Source: a virus
IMG/VR virus record: IMGVR_UViG_3300032105_000006
Reading direction: 5' to 3' (one strand)
DNA: 37,377 nt
The notes under the pieces are model-generated. The model was not told the DNA's origin. It ran no database searches and saw nothing but the letters and a program-made list of their open reading frames with translations. A program made the translations under genes and the position numbers. Each line of letters opens with the position of its first letter. The stretch's first letter is position 1. Shown here in pieces: positions 6,057 through 13,171 of this stretch.

Positions 6057-7292
6057 ATGAACACGAACCACGACGCGCTGCGTGAGGCGCTGAACGAGAG
6101 CTGGTTTCTCGCTTGTAAAGAAATCATTGATCGCTGCGTTGCGCCGGATATGTACGCCAATGCCCGGCAGCTTCTAGACCTCGCAATGCGCAAATCCCTC
6201 TCCCAGCCAATGCCAGAGGCAGCGGCGCCCGGATACGCGCTGATGTGCCGAGAGTGCGAGAGGCTGGACGGGCATCATTCTGTTGGGTGCTCACAGCGTT
6301 CTGAATCACCAGCCGCGCCCGATGGATGCTGCGAGGGCAAAGTGTCGGCACTGTGCCCCGGGTGCCCGCGTGCTGCCGCACCAGATGGGGCGAAGCCTGA
6401 GCGTGAAATTGAGCAGCTAATCCGAGAGCGAGACCAACGCGATGAAATCATTGATCGGCTGTGCGATGCAGTGCTTGGCAGTGAGCGCCCAGAGTGGAGC
6501 AGCGCCTACGGATTTGATGACGCCGTGGCGGATGTTGAGGGGCGAATAGACGAGCTTCTACAGCCATCAGTGAGTAAGGCTTGGGATCGTTTCGAACGGG
6601 CAAGTACCGCCCAGCCTCAAGCGCAGAGCGCAACGCTTCGGCAATGCGCGAACCCTGATAGTGCTGGGCCAGAACAGAAAAGCAGATTTACTTTTTACGC
6701 CAAAGATCATCCGGTCTGGAGGGTTCGATATTACGGGTCGCTCGATTTGAAGGGCTACAACATCTATGCATTCCGCAATCCGGATGCCACGCATGGCGAA
6801 AGAATTGCCAATCTCGGTGAAAACAGCGATGCGGCTGAAATGATCTGCGCGGCACACAATGAATTAGCCGCTGCATTCATTGAGGAGAAGGAAACTGCGC
6901 AACAGCTAAACCACGCCCTGCGTGAAGCCACCGAAGCGCCCACGTTCATGGGTGAGCCTGTTGCCGTCCAGCCCCCGCACCCCCAGCCTCAAGCGCAGGG
7001 AGAGCCTACAGTTGGATGGGTTCACGGGTGGGAGCTTGAGCGCGCCAACGAGTCAAAGCGTTGGGCAATGAAAGAATGCCGAGAACTCCGCGAAGCCATC
7101 GCCAAGAGAGACGCAGCACTGGTGGCGTGCGTGGAGGCGCTGGAAAATATGAAGAAGGTTTCTGCTGCGAAGAGCGCAATGGCATACCTGAGAAAAGGCA
7201 TCGGCACAGCTACGGAGGATGTTGCGTGGCTGCGTATTGATCCCGCCATCACACAGGCCAATGAAGTGCTGGGCAGAAAGGAAGGTAAGTGA
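6057..7292 (+). CDS. Mosaic Ea22-like early protein (411 aa). Its C-terminal module is paralogous to 10152..10556.
   Basis: ORF track. Shares REAIAKRDAALVACVEALE and QANEVLG segments and a 57-nt near-identical DNA block with the paralogue. Confidence 0.8.
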   Translation: MNTNHDALREALNESWFLACKEIIDRCVAPDMYANARQLLDLAMRKSLSQPMPEAAAPGYALMCRECERLDGHHSVGCSQRSESPAAPDGCCEGKVSALCPGCPRAAAPDGAKPEREIEQLIRERDQRDEIIDRLCDAVLGSERPEWSSAYGFDDAVADVEGRIDELLQPSVSKAWDRFERASTAQPQAQSATLRQCANPDSAGPEQKSRFTFYAKDHPVWRVRYYGSLDLKGYNIYAFRNPDATHGERIANLGENSDAAEMICAAHNELAAAFIEEKETAQQLNHALREATEAPTFMGEPVAVQPPHPQPQAQGEPTVGWVHGWELERANESKRWAMKECRELREAIAKRDAALVACVEALENMKKVSAAKSAMAYLRKGIGTATEDVAWLRIDPAITQANEVLGRKEGK

Positions 7293-7293
7293 G

Positions 7294-7452
7294 ATGGACC
7301 AAGTAGTCCAAGTAGAGCTTTGGATGGTTGCAATCTTATGCGCCATGTGGATGGCCGGAGGATTGGTCAATTGGATCATGCTCGGCCTGTTGACGCGCAT
7401 GGCGTCAGAGCTTCGCAAGATTATGGAAGCCTGGGGGAGAGAACAATCATGA
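7294..7452 (+). CDS. Small membrane protein (52 aa)
   Basis: ATG 7294 lies 1 nt after the upstream stop and has an AAGGAAGG RBS. Hydrophobic WMVAILCAMWMAGGLVNWIMLGLL. ATGA overlap with the next gene. Confidence 0.55.
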   Translation: MDQVVQVELWMVAILCAMWMAGGLVNWIMLGLLTRMASELRKIMEAWGREQS

Positions 7453-7952
7453 CCACCCAACAAGATGAGCGTGCTGAGTTGACCAAGGAAGAAAAGGCGC
7501 TGGGCGCATTCCTATCTGCCATGCATGACTGCAAACTCGACGGCGGAAAGATGCGCGAGGCCATGCTCAAGGTGCTTGGGCTGGAAGCTGATGCCAAGGG
7601 CGGGGAGGCGGTGGCTGAGTGGCACCTTGACTCCGAAGCAGCACAGTTTCTCGCAGAGCTAATAACAGCAGACGAGGACGGGCCGACTGAAATTTCTCTG
7701 CGCGTTGGTCAAATCAAGGACGACGATGGCACCGTTAAGCATGGGCTGCTCGTTTATGAAACGGAGTACCCAGAAGAAGGCGCAAGCCTGCTGGTCGAGT
7801 GCCCGCCGCTCTACAACCGCCCCCAGCAATCAGCACAGGTGCCGCTGACGCAGGAGCAAATACGAGAAATGGCATGGCCTGCTTTTTATCGCGATGACCA
7901 ACGGTTTATTCCATTCGCCCGCGCCATTGAGAAAGCACACGGCATAGGGTAA
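7449..7952 (+). CDS. Hypothetical protein (167 aa)
   Basis: Start moved to ATG 7449 (GGGGGAGAG RBS, ATGA coupling). The track ORF starts at 7320. The TAA stop lies inside the conserved box. Confidence 0.75.
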   Translation: MTTQQDERAELTKEEKALGAFLSAMHDCKLDGGKMREAMLKVLGLEADAKGGEAVAEWHLDSEAAQFLAELITADEDGPTEISLRVGQIKDDDGTVKHGLLVYETEYPEEGASLLVECPPLYNRPQQSAQVPLTQEQIREMAWPAFYRDDQRFIPFARAIEKAHGIG

Positions 7953-7986
7953 ACACCTATTGCATGAGTGTTTTTAGTCTGTAGTA
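7944..7986 (+). promoter_or_regulatory. Conserved box TAGGGTAAACACCTA (7944-7958) plus TTGCAT -35-like and TAGTAT -10-like (7981-7986)
   Basis: Box centre to -10 is 30 bp. The predicted start near 7993 precedes the AGGAG RBS at 7999-8003. Confidence 0.5.
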
Positions 7987-8007
7987 TTGGTATTTTTAGG
8001 AGATGTT

Positions 8008-8145
8008 GTGGATATTCTTGCAAACATCATGCTGCTTTTTCTTGCATTGGTAGCTATCTTCGGCTATCTACACTTTGCCTTGAAAAGCAATGACCCGCTA
8101 GAAAAGGCTAATCGAGAGTTTCGTAATAGAGAAAGGGTGAAGTGA
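8008..8145 (+). CDS. Small membrane protein (45 aa, GTG start)
   Basis: Own translation VDILANIMLLFLALVAIFGYLHFAL... AGGAG lies 5 nt upstream. Confidence 0.4.
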   Translation: MDILANIMLLFLALVAIFGYLHFALKSNDPLEKANREFRNRERVK

Positions 8146-8303
8146 TGGATGAGCAATGGTACGAGACTGTAGCTAGACAAGATTTCAAGCAAAGAGCATT
8201 GCAAGGAAAAAGAAACAGCGATGCTTATGATCTTGGTTTTTATCTTGGGATGTGTCTACCATTTTGGTTTGCCATGCTAATCATCCGGTTTATTTATCGC
8301 TAA
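8145..8303 (+). CDS. Small protein (52 aa) with a C-terminal hydrophobic segment
   Basis: Own translation MDEQWYETVARQD... TGATG coupling to the previous ORF. Confidence 0.5.
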   Translation: MDEQWYETVARQDFKQRALQGKRNSDAYDLGFYLGMCLPFWFAMLIIRFIYR

Positions 8304-8312
8304 AGGAAAAAC

Positions 8313-8444
8313 ATGGATCAAGCTTACTATGAGCAAGTGGCTAGACAAGAGGAATGGGAAGAAGAACAAGAGGCAATGCGCTGGAAGATGGTGCAAGAGC
8401 GAGTAGAGAAAGATAGGCAGTATCTTGTGAGGAATAAGAAATGA
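8313..8444 (+). CDS. Small acidic protein (43 aa), N-terminus paralogous to 8145..8303
   Basis: Own translation MDQAYYEQVARQEE... AGGAAA RBS. ATGA overlap with the Sak gene. Confidence 0.5.
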   Translation: MDQAYYEQVARQEEWEEEQEAMRWKMVQERVEKDRQYLVRNKK

Positions 8445-9019
8445 GCGATTTGCTGAAAATCAATGTAAACCAGCACACCGAAAAAAAGGGAAATCTAACC
8501 TATTTGTCATGGGCCTGGGCCTGGGCAGAGGTTCTCAAGATTGACCCGGATGCGGAATGGTTCCCGCACGAATTCGGACCCGAAGGCTCTAAGCTGCCCT
8601 ACATGATGCTGCACGACACGACCGCGCTGGTTAAGGTGACGGTAACTATTCGTGGTAAGTCCAAGCTGGCGATTCTGCCTGTCATGGATCATCGCAACAA
8701 GGCTATCCAAGGCCCGGATGCGTTCCAAGTTAACACAGCCACGATGCGATGTCTTGCCAAGGCTATTTCCATGCATGGGCTTGGCTTGTATATCTATGCA
8801 GGGGAAGACCTACCGCCTATTGATGAAGAGGCCCTGCGCGATTTCTGCGGGAAGCTGGTCGCCTTGCACGAAGAAGGCAATAACTTGGAAGCCGTGCGTA
8901 TGTGGTACGCAGAACGTCCCGACAACAGCAATGAGGCTGTCGAATTCATGTGGGGGCAACTACGTGACTATTCCGAACTCCGTTCCGCAATTAAAGCAAA
9001 CAAACCTGAAAGCAAATAA
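8441..9019 (+). CDS. Rad52-like single-strand annealing protein (Sak/DUF1071 family)
   Basis: YLSWAWAW and MHGLGLYIYAGEDLP signatures. Confidence 0.8.
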   Translation: MSDLLKINVNQHTEKKGNLTYLSWAWAWAEVLKIDPDAEWFPHEFGPEGSKLPYMMLHDTTALVKVTVTIRGKSKLAILPVMDHRNKAIQGPDAFQVNTATMRCLAKAISMHGLGLYIYAGEDLPPIDEEALRDFCGKLVALHEEGNNLEAVRMWYAERPDNSNEAVEFMWGQLRDYSELRSAIKANKPESK

Positions 9020-9295
9020 ATGAACTACGAAGTACGCGCAAAAACCGGCACCTATACCGACAAGAGCGGGCAAGAAAAATCCAGCTATAAGACGATTGGG
9101 CGCACGGTTCAAACCAAGAACGGACCAATGCTCAAGCTAGACGTTATTCCGATGAATTGGGATGGCTGGGCATATCTGAGCGAACCTCAGGAGAAACAGG
9201 CCCCGCAAGCCAAGCGTCCTAGCCATGATGCTGCTAAAGCACGGGATACGCGAGGAAGCGGTTTTGAAAACATGGACGACGACGTGCCCTGGTGA
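9020..9295 (+). CDS. Short SSB-like protein (91 aa) with an acidic SSB-type C-terminal tip
   Basis: C-terminus ...FENMDDDVPW, compared with the canonical SSB tail DDDIPF. Sits immediately after the annealing protein. Confidence 0.6.
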   Translation: MNYEVRAKTGTYTDKSGQEKSSYKTIGRTVQTKNGPMLKLDVIPMNWDGWAYLSEPQEKQAPQAKRPSHDAAKARDTRGSGFENMDDDVPW

Positions 9296-9296
9296 T

Positions 9297-9539
9297 ATGA
9301 AATACATCAATCACAGCACTGAAGGCTTCATTGTATGGGGCCATCTAGGCCATGCAGAGCTAGCCCATAAAGACGTAGCTGATTTCGTTCTATCCAAGCT
9401 CGGCGGGTTTATTCATTCCGCTGGGTTTGTGATGATGTTCGATGATGGGCCGTACTGTGAAGGTGAGTCTATGTCTCTAGGGATTCATTCTGAGCCAGGG
9501 GATACAGAGGCTCTTAAAAAGCAATGGGGGGTTGAGTGA
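9297..9539 (+). CDS. Hypothetical protein (80 aa)
   Basis: ATG 9297 lies 1 nt after the upstream stop. The track ORF starts at 9225 inside the previous gene. Confidence 0.65.
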   Translation: MKYINHSTEGFIVWGHLGHAELAHKDVADFVLSKLGGFIHSAGFVMMFDDGPYCEGESMSLGIHSEPGDTEALKKQWGVE

Positions 9540-9748
9540 TGAAATTAACAGGCGACCGAAATCAGTGCCAAGGCTGCAAGGAGTATTTCAACTCTACATT
9601 CGCCTTTGACAAACATCGAACTGGTGAATACGGAAAAGATCGTAGATGCCTAAGCACAAGCGAAATGCTAGAGAAAGGCATGGACAAAAACAACGCTGGA
9701 TTCTGGATTAGCGCAAAAATGCCTGATTCTGCAATAAACCAAGGGTAA
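9539..9748 (+). CDS. Small zinc-finger protein (69 aa)
   Basis: CQGC...H...C pattern. TGATG coupling. The TAA stop lies inside the conserved box. Confidence 0.7.
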   Translation: MKLTGDRNQCQGCKEYFNSTFAFDKHRTGEYGKDRRCLSTSEMLEKGMDKNNAGFWISAKMPDSAINQG

Positions 9749-9783
9749 ACACCTATTCCAATCCCATCCCAAATAACTACCAT
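9741..9783 (+). promoter_or_regulatory. Conserved box AAGGGTAAACACCTA (9741-9755) plus -10-like TACCAT (9778-9783)
   Basis: Box centre to -10 is 30 bp. The predicted start coincides with ATG 9790, so the mRNA may be leaderless. Confidence 0.45.
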
Positions 9784-9789
9784 GTAGAC

Positions 9790-10155
9790 ATGATTTTTCA
9801 TCGCCCAGGCCCATCCATCATCTGCATGGCAATTTTCATCCTGCTGATCTGGTTTGGGTTCTTTAAGCTGGTGTTCTGGCACTACCCTAGGTTCTATCTC
9901 ACAGGCAACAGGAAGTCTTATCGGTACATCTACCACTATGCAAAGTCACTCGATCAATCTGCTTGTGCTGGGGCTTTTGGTGGGAATAGTGATGAGACGA
10001 TCAGTAACAGGGCGGGACGGATTTTCAAGGAAAAAGAGTGGCATTCTCCATGGTGGTGTATCGTGACAAAAAAGCTCACAGACCGATGGGAAGAAAACCA
10101 CATCATGAACAGTATCGAGCCACTCAGGCCAGACCCTACGGAGGAATTGAAATGA
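9790..10155 (+). CDS. Membrane-anchored hypothetical protein (121 aa)
   Basis: ORF track. N-terminal TM segment. ATGA overlap with the next gene. Confidence 0.6.
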   Translation: MIFHRPGPSIICMAIFILLIWFGFFKLVFWHYPRFYLTGNRKSYRYIYHYAKSLDQSACAGAFGGNSDETISNRAGRIFKEKEWHSPWWCIVTKKLTDRWEENHIMNSIEPLRPDPTEELK

Positions 10156-10556
10156 GTAATCAGCAGCCTCAAGCGCAGGGAGAGCCGGATTGGAGCCATC
10201 CGAAAATCCAAGCCGTGTTGAGTTCTAGGGCGCGCGCTCAAATTGAACTTGCTCTGGTGCAGGCATTGCTTGAAAGCGAAGCGCCGGATTTTGCTGCCTA
10301 CGAAATGGAATACTGGACCTCTTTACACGACAAACTGCGCGACACCCTGCAATCCCACCGCGAAGCCATCGCCAAGAGAGACGCAGCACTGGTGGCGTGT
10401 GTGGAGGCGCTGGAGAAATCGCGGACACGGGTGGTTGATGGAAGACCCGCCATCACGTTGAGCAAATCGGCCACTTATCGAGCCTACGTGAGTGATTTGG
10501 GGGCCATTGACGCCGCCATCGCCCAGGCCAATGAAGTGCTTGGGAAGGGCGAATAA
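10152..10556 (+). CDS. Ea22-like protein (134 aa), paralogue of the C-terminus of 6057..7292
   Basis: Start moved to ATG 10152 (GGAGGA RBS). The track ORF starts at 10038. Confidence 0.75.
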   Translation: MSNQQPQAQGEPDWSHPKIQAVLSSRARAQIELALVQALLESEAPDFAAYEMEYWTSLHDKLRDTLQSHREAIAKRDAALVACVEALEKSRTRVVDGRPAITLSKSATYRAYVSDLGAIDAAIAQANEVLGKGE

Positions 10557-10807
10557 TGTTCGAACCACTCAAACCTAAGGAGTATCACTACTTGGATGCG
10601 CCTTTAGAACCTGAGCCTGATTGGCAAAAGCTCTACATTGAGTCTCTGGAGCAGACCATGCGGCTTGCAGGAGCGTTCAGGAATATTCTGCTAAACCCTG
10701 AGAGGATCGAGTCTGTAGGAGATTCACTCGGAGGTAACCTGACGCGGCTACAGGAGAATTTAGCTGCTCAGATCATGTCAACGGAAATTGCACGGAGCAA
10801 AAAGTAA
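10556..10807 (+). CDS. Hypothetical protein (83 aa)
   Basis: ORF track. TAATG coupling. Confidence 0.7.
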   Translation: MFEPLKPKEYHYLDAPLEPEPDWQKLYIESLEQTMRLAGAFRNILLNPERIESVGDSLGGNLTRLQENLAAQIMSTEIARSKK

Positions 10808-10809
10808 TC

Positions 10810-11103
10810 ATGGAAGAACTTAAACTCATTCTCGAAACCATCAGCAAAATCAGTGGCGATGCAAGTACTGTAGCGATCTGGTGGGTTGCACTTCATTACA
10901 GCACAAAAATCCTTACATCCATCATCGTTTTCGGTGGCGTTGCAGTGATCGTTTACATTATTGCAAAGGCATTCCAAAACACTAGCGAATGGTCTAACTT
11001 GGCAAAATCAATTGTTAAGGCTCATGGCGGTCGTGGTGGTTATTGCGTCTTTCATGAGGATGAAGCGGCAGCCAAGAAAGCTATTGAGGCGGCAAAGCAA
11101 TGA
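10810..11103 (+). CDS. Membrane protein (97 aa)
   Basis: ORF track. Two hydrophobic segments. Confidence 0.7.
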   Translation: MEELKLILETISKISGDASTVAIWWVALHYSTKILTSIIVFGGVAVIVYIIAKAFQNTSEWSNLAKSIVKAHGGRGGYCVFHEDEAAAKKAIEAAKQ

Positions 11104-11273
11104 AACCCAGCCACTCCACCACTCCGCGCACTCTCAATGAGTGCGTATTCCTCTACGATGCAGACCCGATTGATGCGCCTGAGAAGCGGCCTTTTGACAA
11201 GCAGGACAAGATTGTCATGTGGGGCTGTGCTGTGGCTGCTGTAGCGCTTATGGTGGTGCTGTGGATCGGCTAG
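11100..11273 (+). CDS. Small C-terminally anchored membrane protein (57 aa)
   Basis: Own translation MKPSHSTTPRTLNE...WGCAVAAVALMVVLWIG. ATGA overlap with the previous stop. Confidence 0.5.
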   Translation: MKPSHSTTPRTLNECVFLYDADPIDAPEKRPFDKQDKIVMWGCAVAAVALMVVLWIG

Positions 11274-11497
11274 GCTCAATCGTCGTCCTAGTCCTGCTAG
11301 CAGGGTTTATATGGGTTCCGTTTACCATGAGGTACGCGGATATGAGACAACACCATGAAATCCACCAGCAGGCCAAGAAAGACGCCAAGATCGAGCTACA
11401 CAAGCAAATGCGGAAGTCTTGTCAGTGCTGGTTTGATGACTCTAGATGCAAGGCTAGTAAGGCTATAGTGGCTTGTAAGAAACCGGAGTGGATGTGA
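11219..11497 (+). CDS. Hypothetical membrane protein. Start uncertain (GTG 11261 is possible).
   Basis: ORF track. Overlaps the previous small ORF. Confidence 0.45.
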   Translation: MGLCCGCCSAYGGAVDRLGSIVVLVLLAGFIWVPFTMRYADMRQHHEIHQQAKKDAKIELHKQMRKSCQCWFDDSRCKASKAIVACKKPEWM

Positions 11498-11537
11498 TGG
11501 AAAACTAATCATTGTCTACTCAACGAAAAGGAAATGT

Positions 11538-11735
11538 ATGGGATTTGAGTGTGCAACAATTGCAGATATTATTGAAGGCAAAAAAGAATGCCCACTGCCT
11601 TTAGAGGTTATTCCAAACAAACTAGGAATTAATCTGGTGTCAGTTGAATCTGTTTCTTGGCAAAAAACAGATGATAATCAATTGAAAAATCTAACCATTC
11701 ATTTCATTCCGGCCAAGCATCCTGCATCAGTCTGA
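11538..11735 (+). CDS. Hypothetical protein (65 aa), AT-rich
   Basis: ORF track. Its 3' end overlaps the convergent spanin gene by 32 nt. Confidence 0.4.
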   Translation: MGFECATIADIIEGKKECPLPLEVIPNKLGINLVSVESVSWQKTDDNQLKNLTIHFIPAKHPASV

Positions 11736-12150
11736 CGTCCGAGACGCATCTGTCAGCTTCTTTCGCCAAGCCTGAATATCGCTCGATGCTTTCTCGGAAT
11801 ACGTCATCGAGGGCGTTTGCGTAGTTACGGACGGCATCGCAACTTTTGGCGGGCATTTCGGCTCTGGCTGAATCAAGCTCGGCGCGCAAGCTGTCAACAT
11901 TGGAATCAAGATCACGAGCAAGAGCCATGTTCTTTTGGGCGCGTTGAGTAGCTTCATTGAGTGCCTTGTCCTTTCGTTCAATGTCTGCCTGATACTCGCG
12001 TTGCATGTATTCCATGGCTTTGCGTGCGGATTCGGATTGCTCTGCGCGGGCCTCTTGGATTTTCTCTCCATAGCGGTAATCTTGCACCTGCCATGTGGCT
12101 ATGCTTGCAACGATTGCGGCAGCGCCTGCGGAGAGTAGGGCGATTTTCAA
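11704..12150 (-). CDS. Inner-membrane spanin (Rz-like)
   Basis: N-terminal TM MKIALLSAGAAAIVASIATW followed by a charged coiled-coil. Contains an embedded lipoprotein ORF. Confidence 0.75.
   Translation of the reverse strand: MKIALLSAGAAAIVASIATWQVQDYRYGEKIQEARAEQSESARKAMEYMQREYQADIERKDKALNEATQRAQKNMALARDLDSNVDSLRAELDSARAEMPAKSCDAVRNYANALDDVFRESIERYSGLAKEADRCVSDVRLMQDAWPE
11727..11957 (-). CDS. Outer-membrane lipoprotein spanin (Rz1-like), fully embedded in the +1 frame
   Basis: MKLLNAPKRTWLLLVILIPMLTAC lipobox and a Pro-rich mature part. Start set at ATG 11957 within track ORF 11727..12071. Confidence 0.7.
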   Translation of the reverse strand: MKLLNAPKRTWLLLVILIPMLTACAPSLIQPEPKCPPKVAMPSVTTQTPSMTYSEKASSDIQAWRKKLTDASRTSD

Positions 12151-12184
12151 TCAGTAACTCCAGCAAATTGTGTATAATGGAGAT

Positions 12185-12802
12185 ATGAATAAAGAGCTAT
12201 TGCAATCACTTCTTGATTATGACCCGTTAACTGGCATTTTCAAATGGAAAGTCAGCAAGCCTCCACGAGGGAAAGCTGGGGAAATTGCTGGATACAACAA
12301 TGGCTCAGGATATATCAAGATTTCTATTGCTGGCAAAAGGCATTACGCTCACAGGCTTGCTTTCATTTTTATGGGATTTGATGAGCCTGAGATTGTTGAC
12401 CACATAAACGGCGTTAGACATGACAATCGGTTTGAAAACCTTAGGTCAGTATCTTCTCAAGTTCAAAACCTAAACAACACAAATTACGGCAAAGGAATTA
12501 GAAAACGATACGGCAAATGGTATGCAAGAATTGGAGGCTCCCACATTGGAGTTTTTGATAAAGAGGATGAAGCCATAAATGCATACAACAAGAGAAAACT
12601 AGAGCTTGCAGAATTGCCAGAAATACAAATTGAAAAAGTAGATTCTCCGAATACAAAAAGATGGAGCTATAACAAACTTCTACTCAATGGCAAATCAATT
12701 TCTGAGTGGTCAAGAAACTCTGGAATTCCGCAGCAAACCTTGTATTACAGAGTTCACAAAATGGGCTTGGATATCCAGTCTGCTATAAAACTAGGGATAT
12801 GA
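12185..12802 (+). CDS. HNH homing endonuclease with AP2-like and C-terminal HTH domains
   Basis: HRLAFIFMG...VDHINGVRHDNRFENLR and GKWYARIGGSHIGVFDKEDEAINAY. GGAGAT RBS before ATG 12185 (track start GTG 12170). Opposite strand to the lysis genes. Confidence 0.85.
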   Translation: MNKELLQSLLDYDPLTGIFKWKVSKPPRGKAGEIAGYNNGSGYIKISIAGKRHYAHRLAFIFMGFDEPEIVDHINGVRHDNRFENLRSVSSQVQNLNNTNYGKGIRKRYGKWYARIGGSHIGVFDKEDEAINAYNKRKLELAELPEIQIEKVDSPNTKRWSYNKLLLNGKSISEWSRNSGIPQQTLYYRVHKMGLDIQSAIKLGI

Positions 12803-13171
12803 CCACAGCATCGGTCGGGGCTGGCTACCGTCTTCAATATCATCCAGATGGAGAAACCGACCCTCTCCCTTTTGCTGGACGCCTATCCCTGTAAAACCGT
12901 GCTGCAAGGCCAGTTTTAGCAGTTCTACAGCCTCTGCGCCTCGGATGGCTACATCGCACGCCCTGCCACTTGCGTGAGCGCCTGGGACGGATTTCTTGGC
13001 TTCTATGGGATGAGTAGGATCACGGTATCCGCTGGTAATCCTCATGGGCTTGCCGTAGGCTGTGCGGAGCCTTTGAAGGCGTGCCATGAAGTCGGGATGC
13101 ATGGCAGATTTGCCGGTATGACGGCACCGGAATTCATCCTCGGAGAAGTTGGGGTAGTCTGACCAGTTCAT
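12791..13171 (-). CDS. Endolysin, peptidase M15 (zinc D-Ala-D-Ala / L-Ala-D-Glu peptidase type)
   Basis: SGYR...H...GRACD...HLDD metal-site pattern. Confidence 0.85.
   Translation of the reverse strand: MNWSDYPNFSEDEFRCRHTGKSAMHPDFMARLQRLRTAYGKPMRITSGYRDPTHPIEAKKSVPGAHASGRACDVAIRGAEAVELLKLALQHGFTGIGVQQKGEGRFLHLDDIEDGSQPRPMLWSYP

Noticed and set aside
5642-6193. 183-aa minus-strand ORF, and other minus ORFs across 6.1-7.5 kb
   Set aside because: These are shadow ORFs opposite the GC-rich plus-strand genes (OMP, Ea22-like). They have Arg-rich products and no coupling or RBS.
7088-7144. The 57-nt near-identical repeat pair (with 10358-10414) as a diversity-generating retroelement TR/VR pair
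   Set aside because: No reverse transcriptase is present in the genome. The single difference is a C/T change rather than adenine-specific variation. The repeats encode conserved parts of paralogous proteins, not variable ones.
7944-7958. The conserved box as a T7-type single-subunit RNA polymerase promoter
   Set aside because: No RNA polymerase-sized ORF is present (the largest ORFs are portal 663 aa, then 550 and 516 aa virion proteins). The box is a dyad placed about 30 bp upstream of sigma70-like -10 hexamers. That fits a factor-binding site better.
9562-9936. 124-aa minus-strand ORF
   Set aside because: It overlaps the plus-strand zinc-finger gene and the box promoter. The plus-strand genes are translationally coupled and better supported.
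12174-12179. TATAAT upstream of the HNH-AP2 gene as its own promoter (leaderless mRNA)
   Set aside because: There is no convincing -35 or TGn extension. The hexamer lies only 5 nt from the ATG and overlaps the GGAGAT RBS region. It cannot be supported without transcript mapping.
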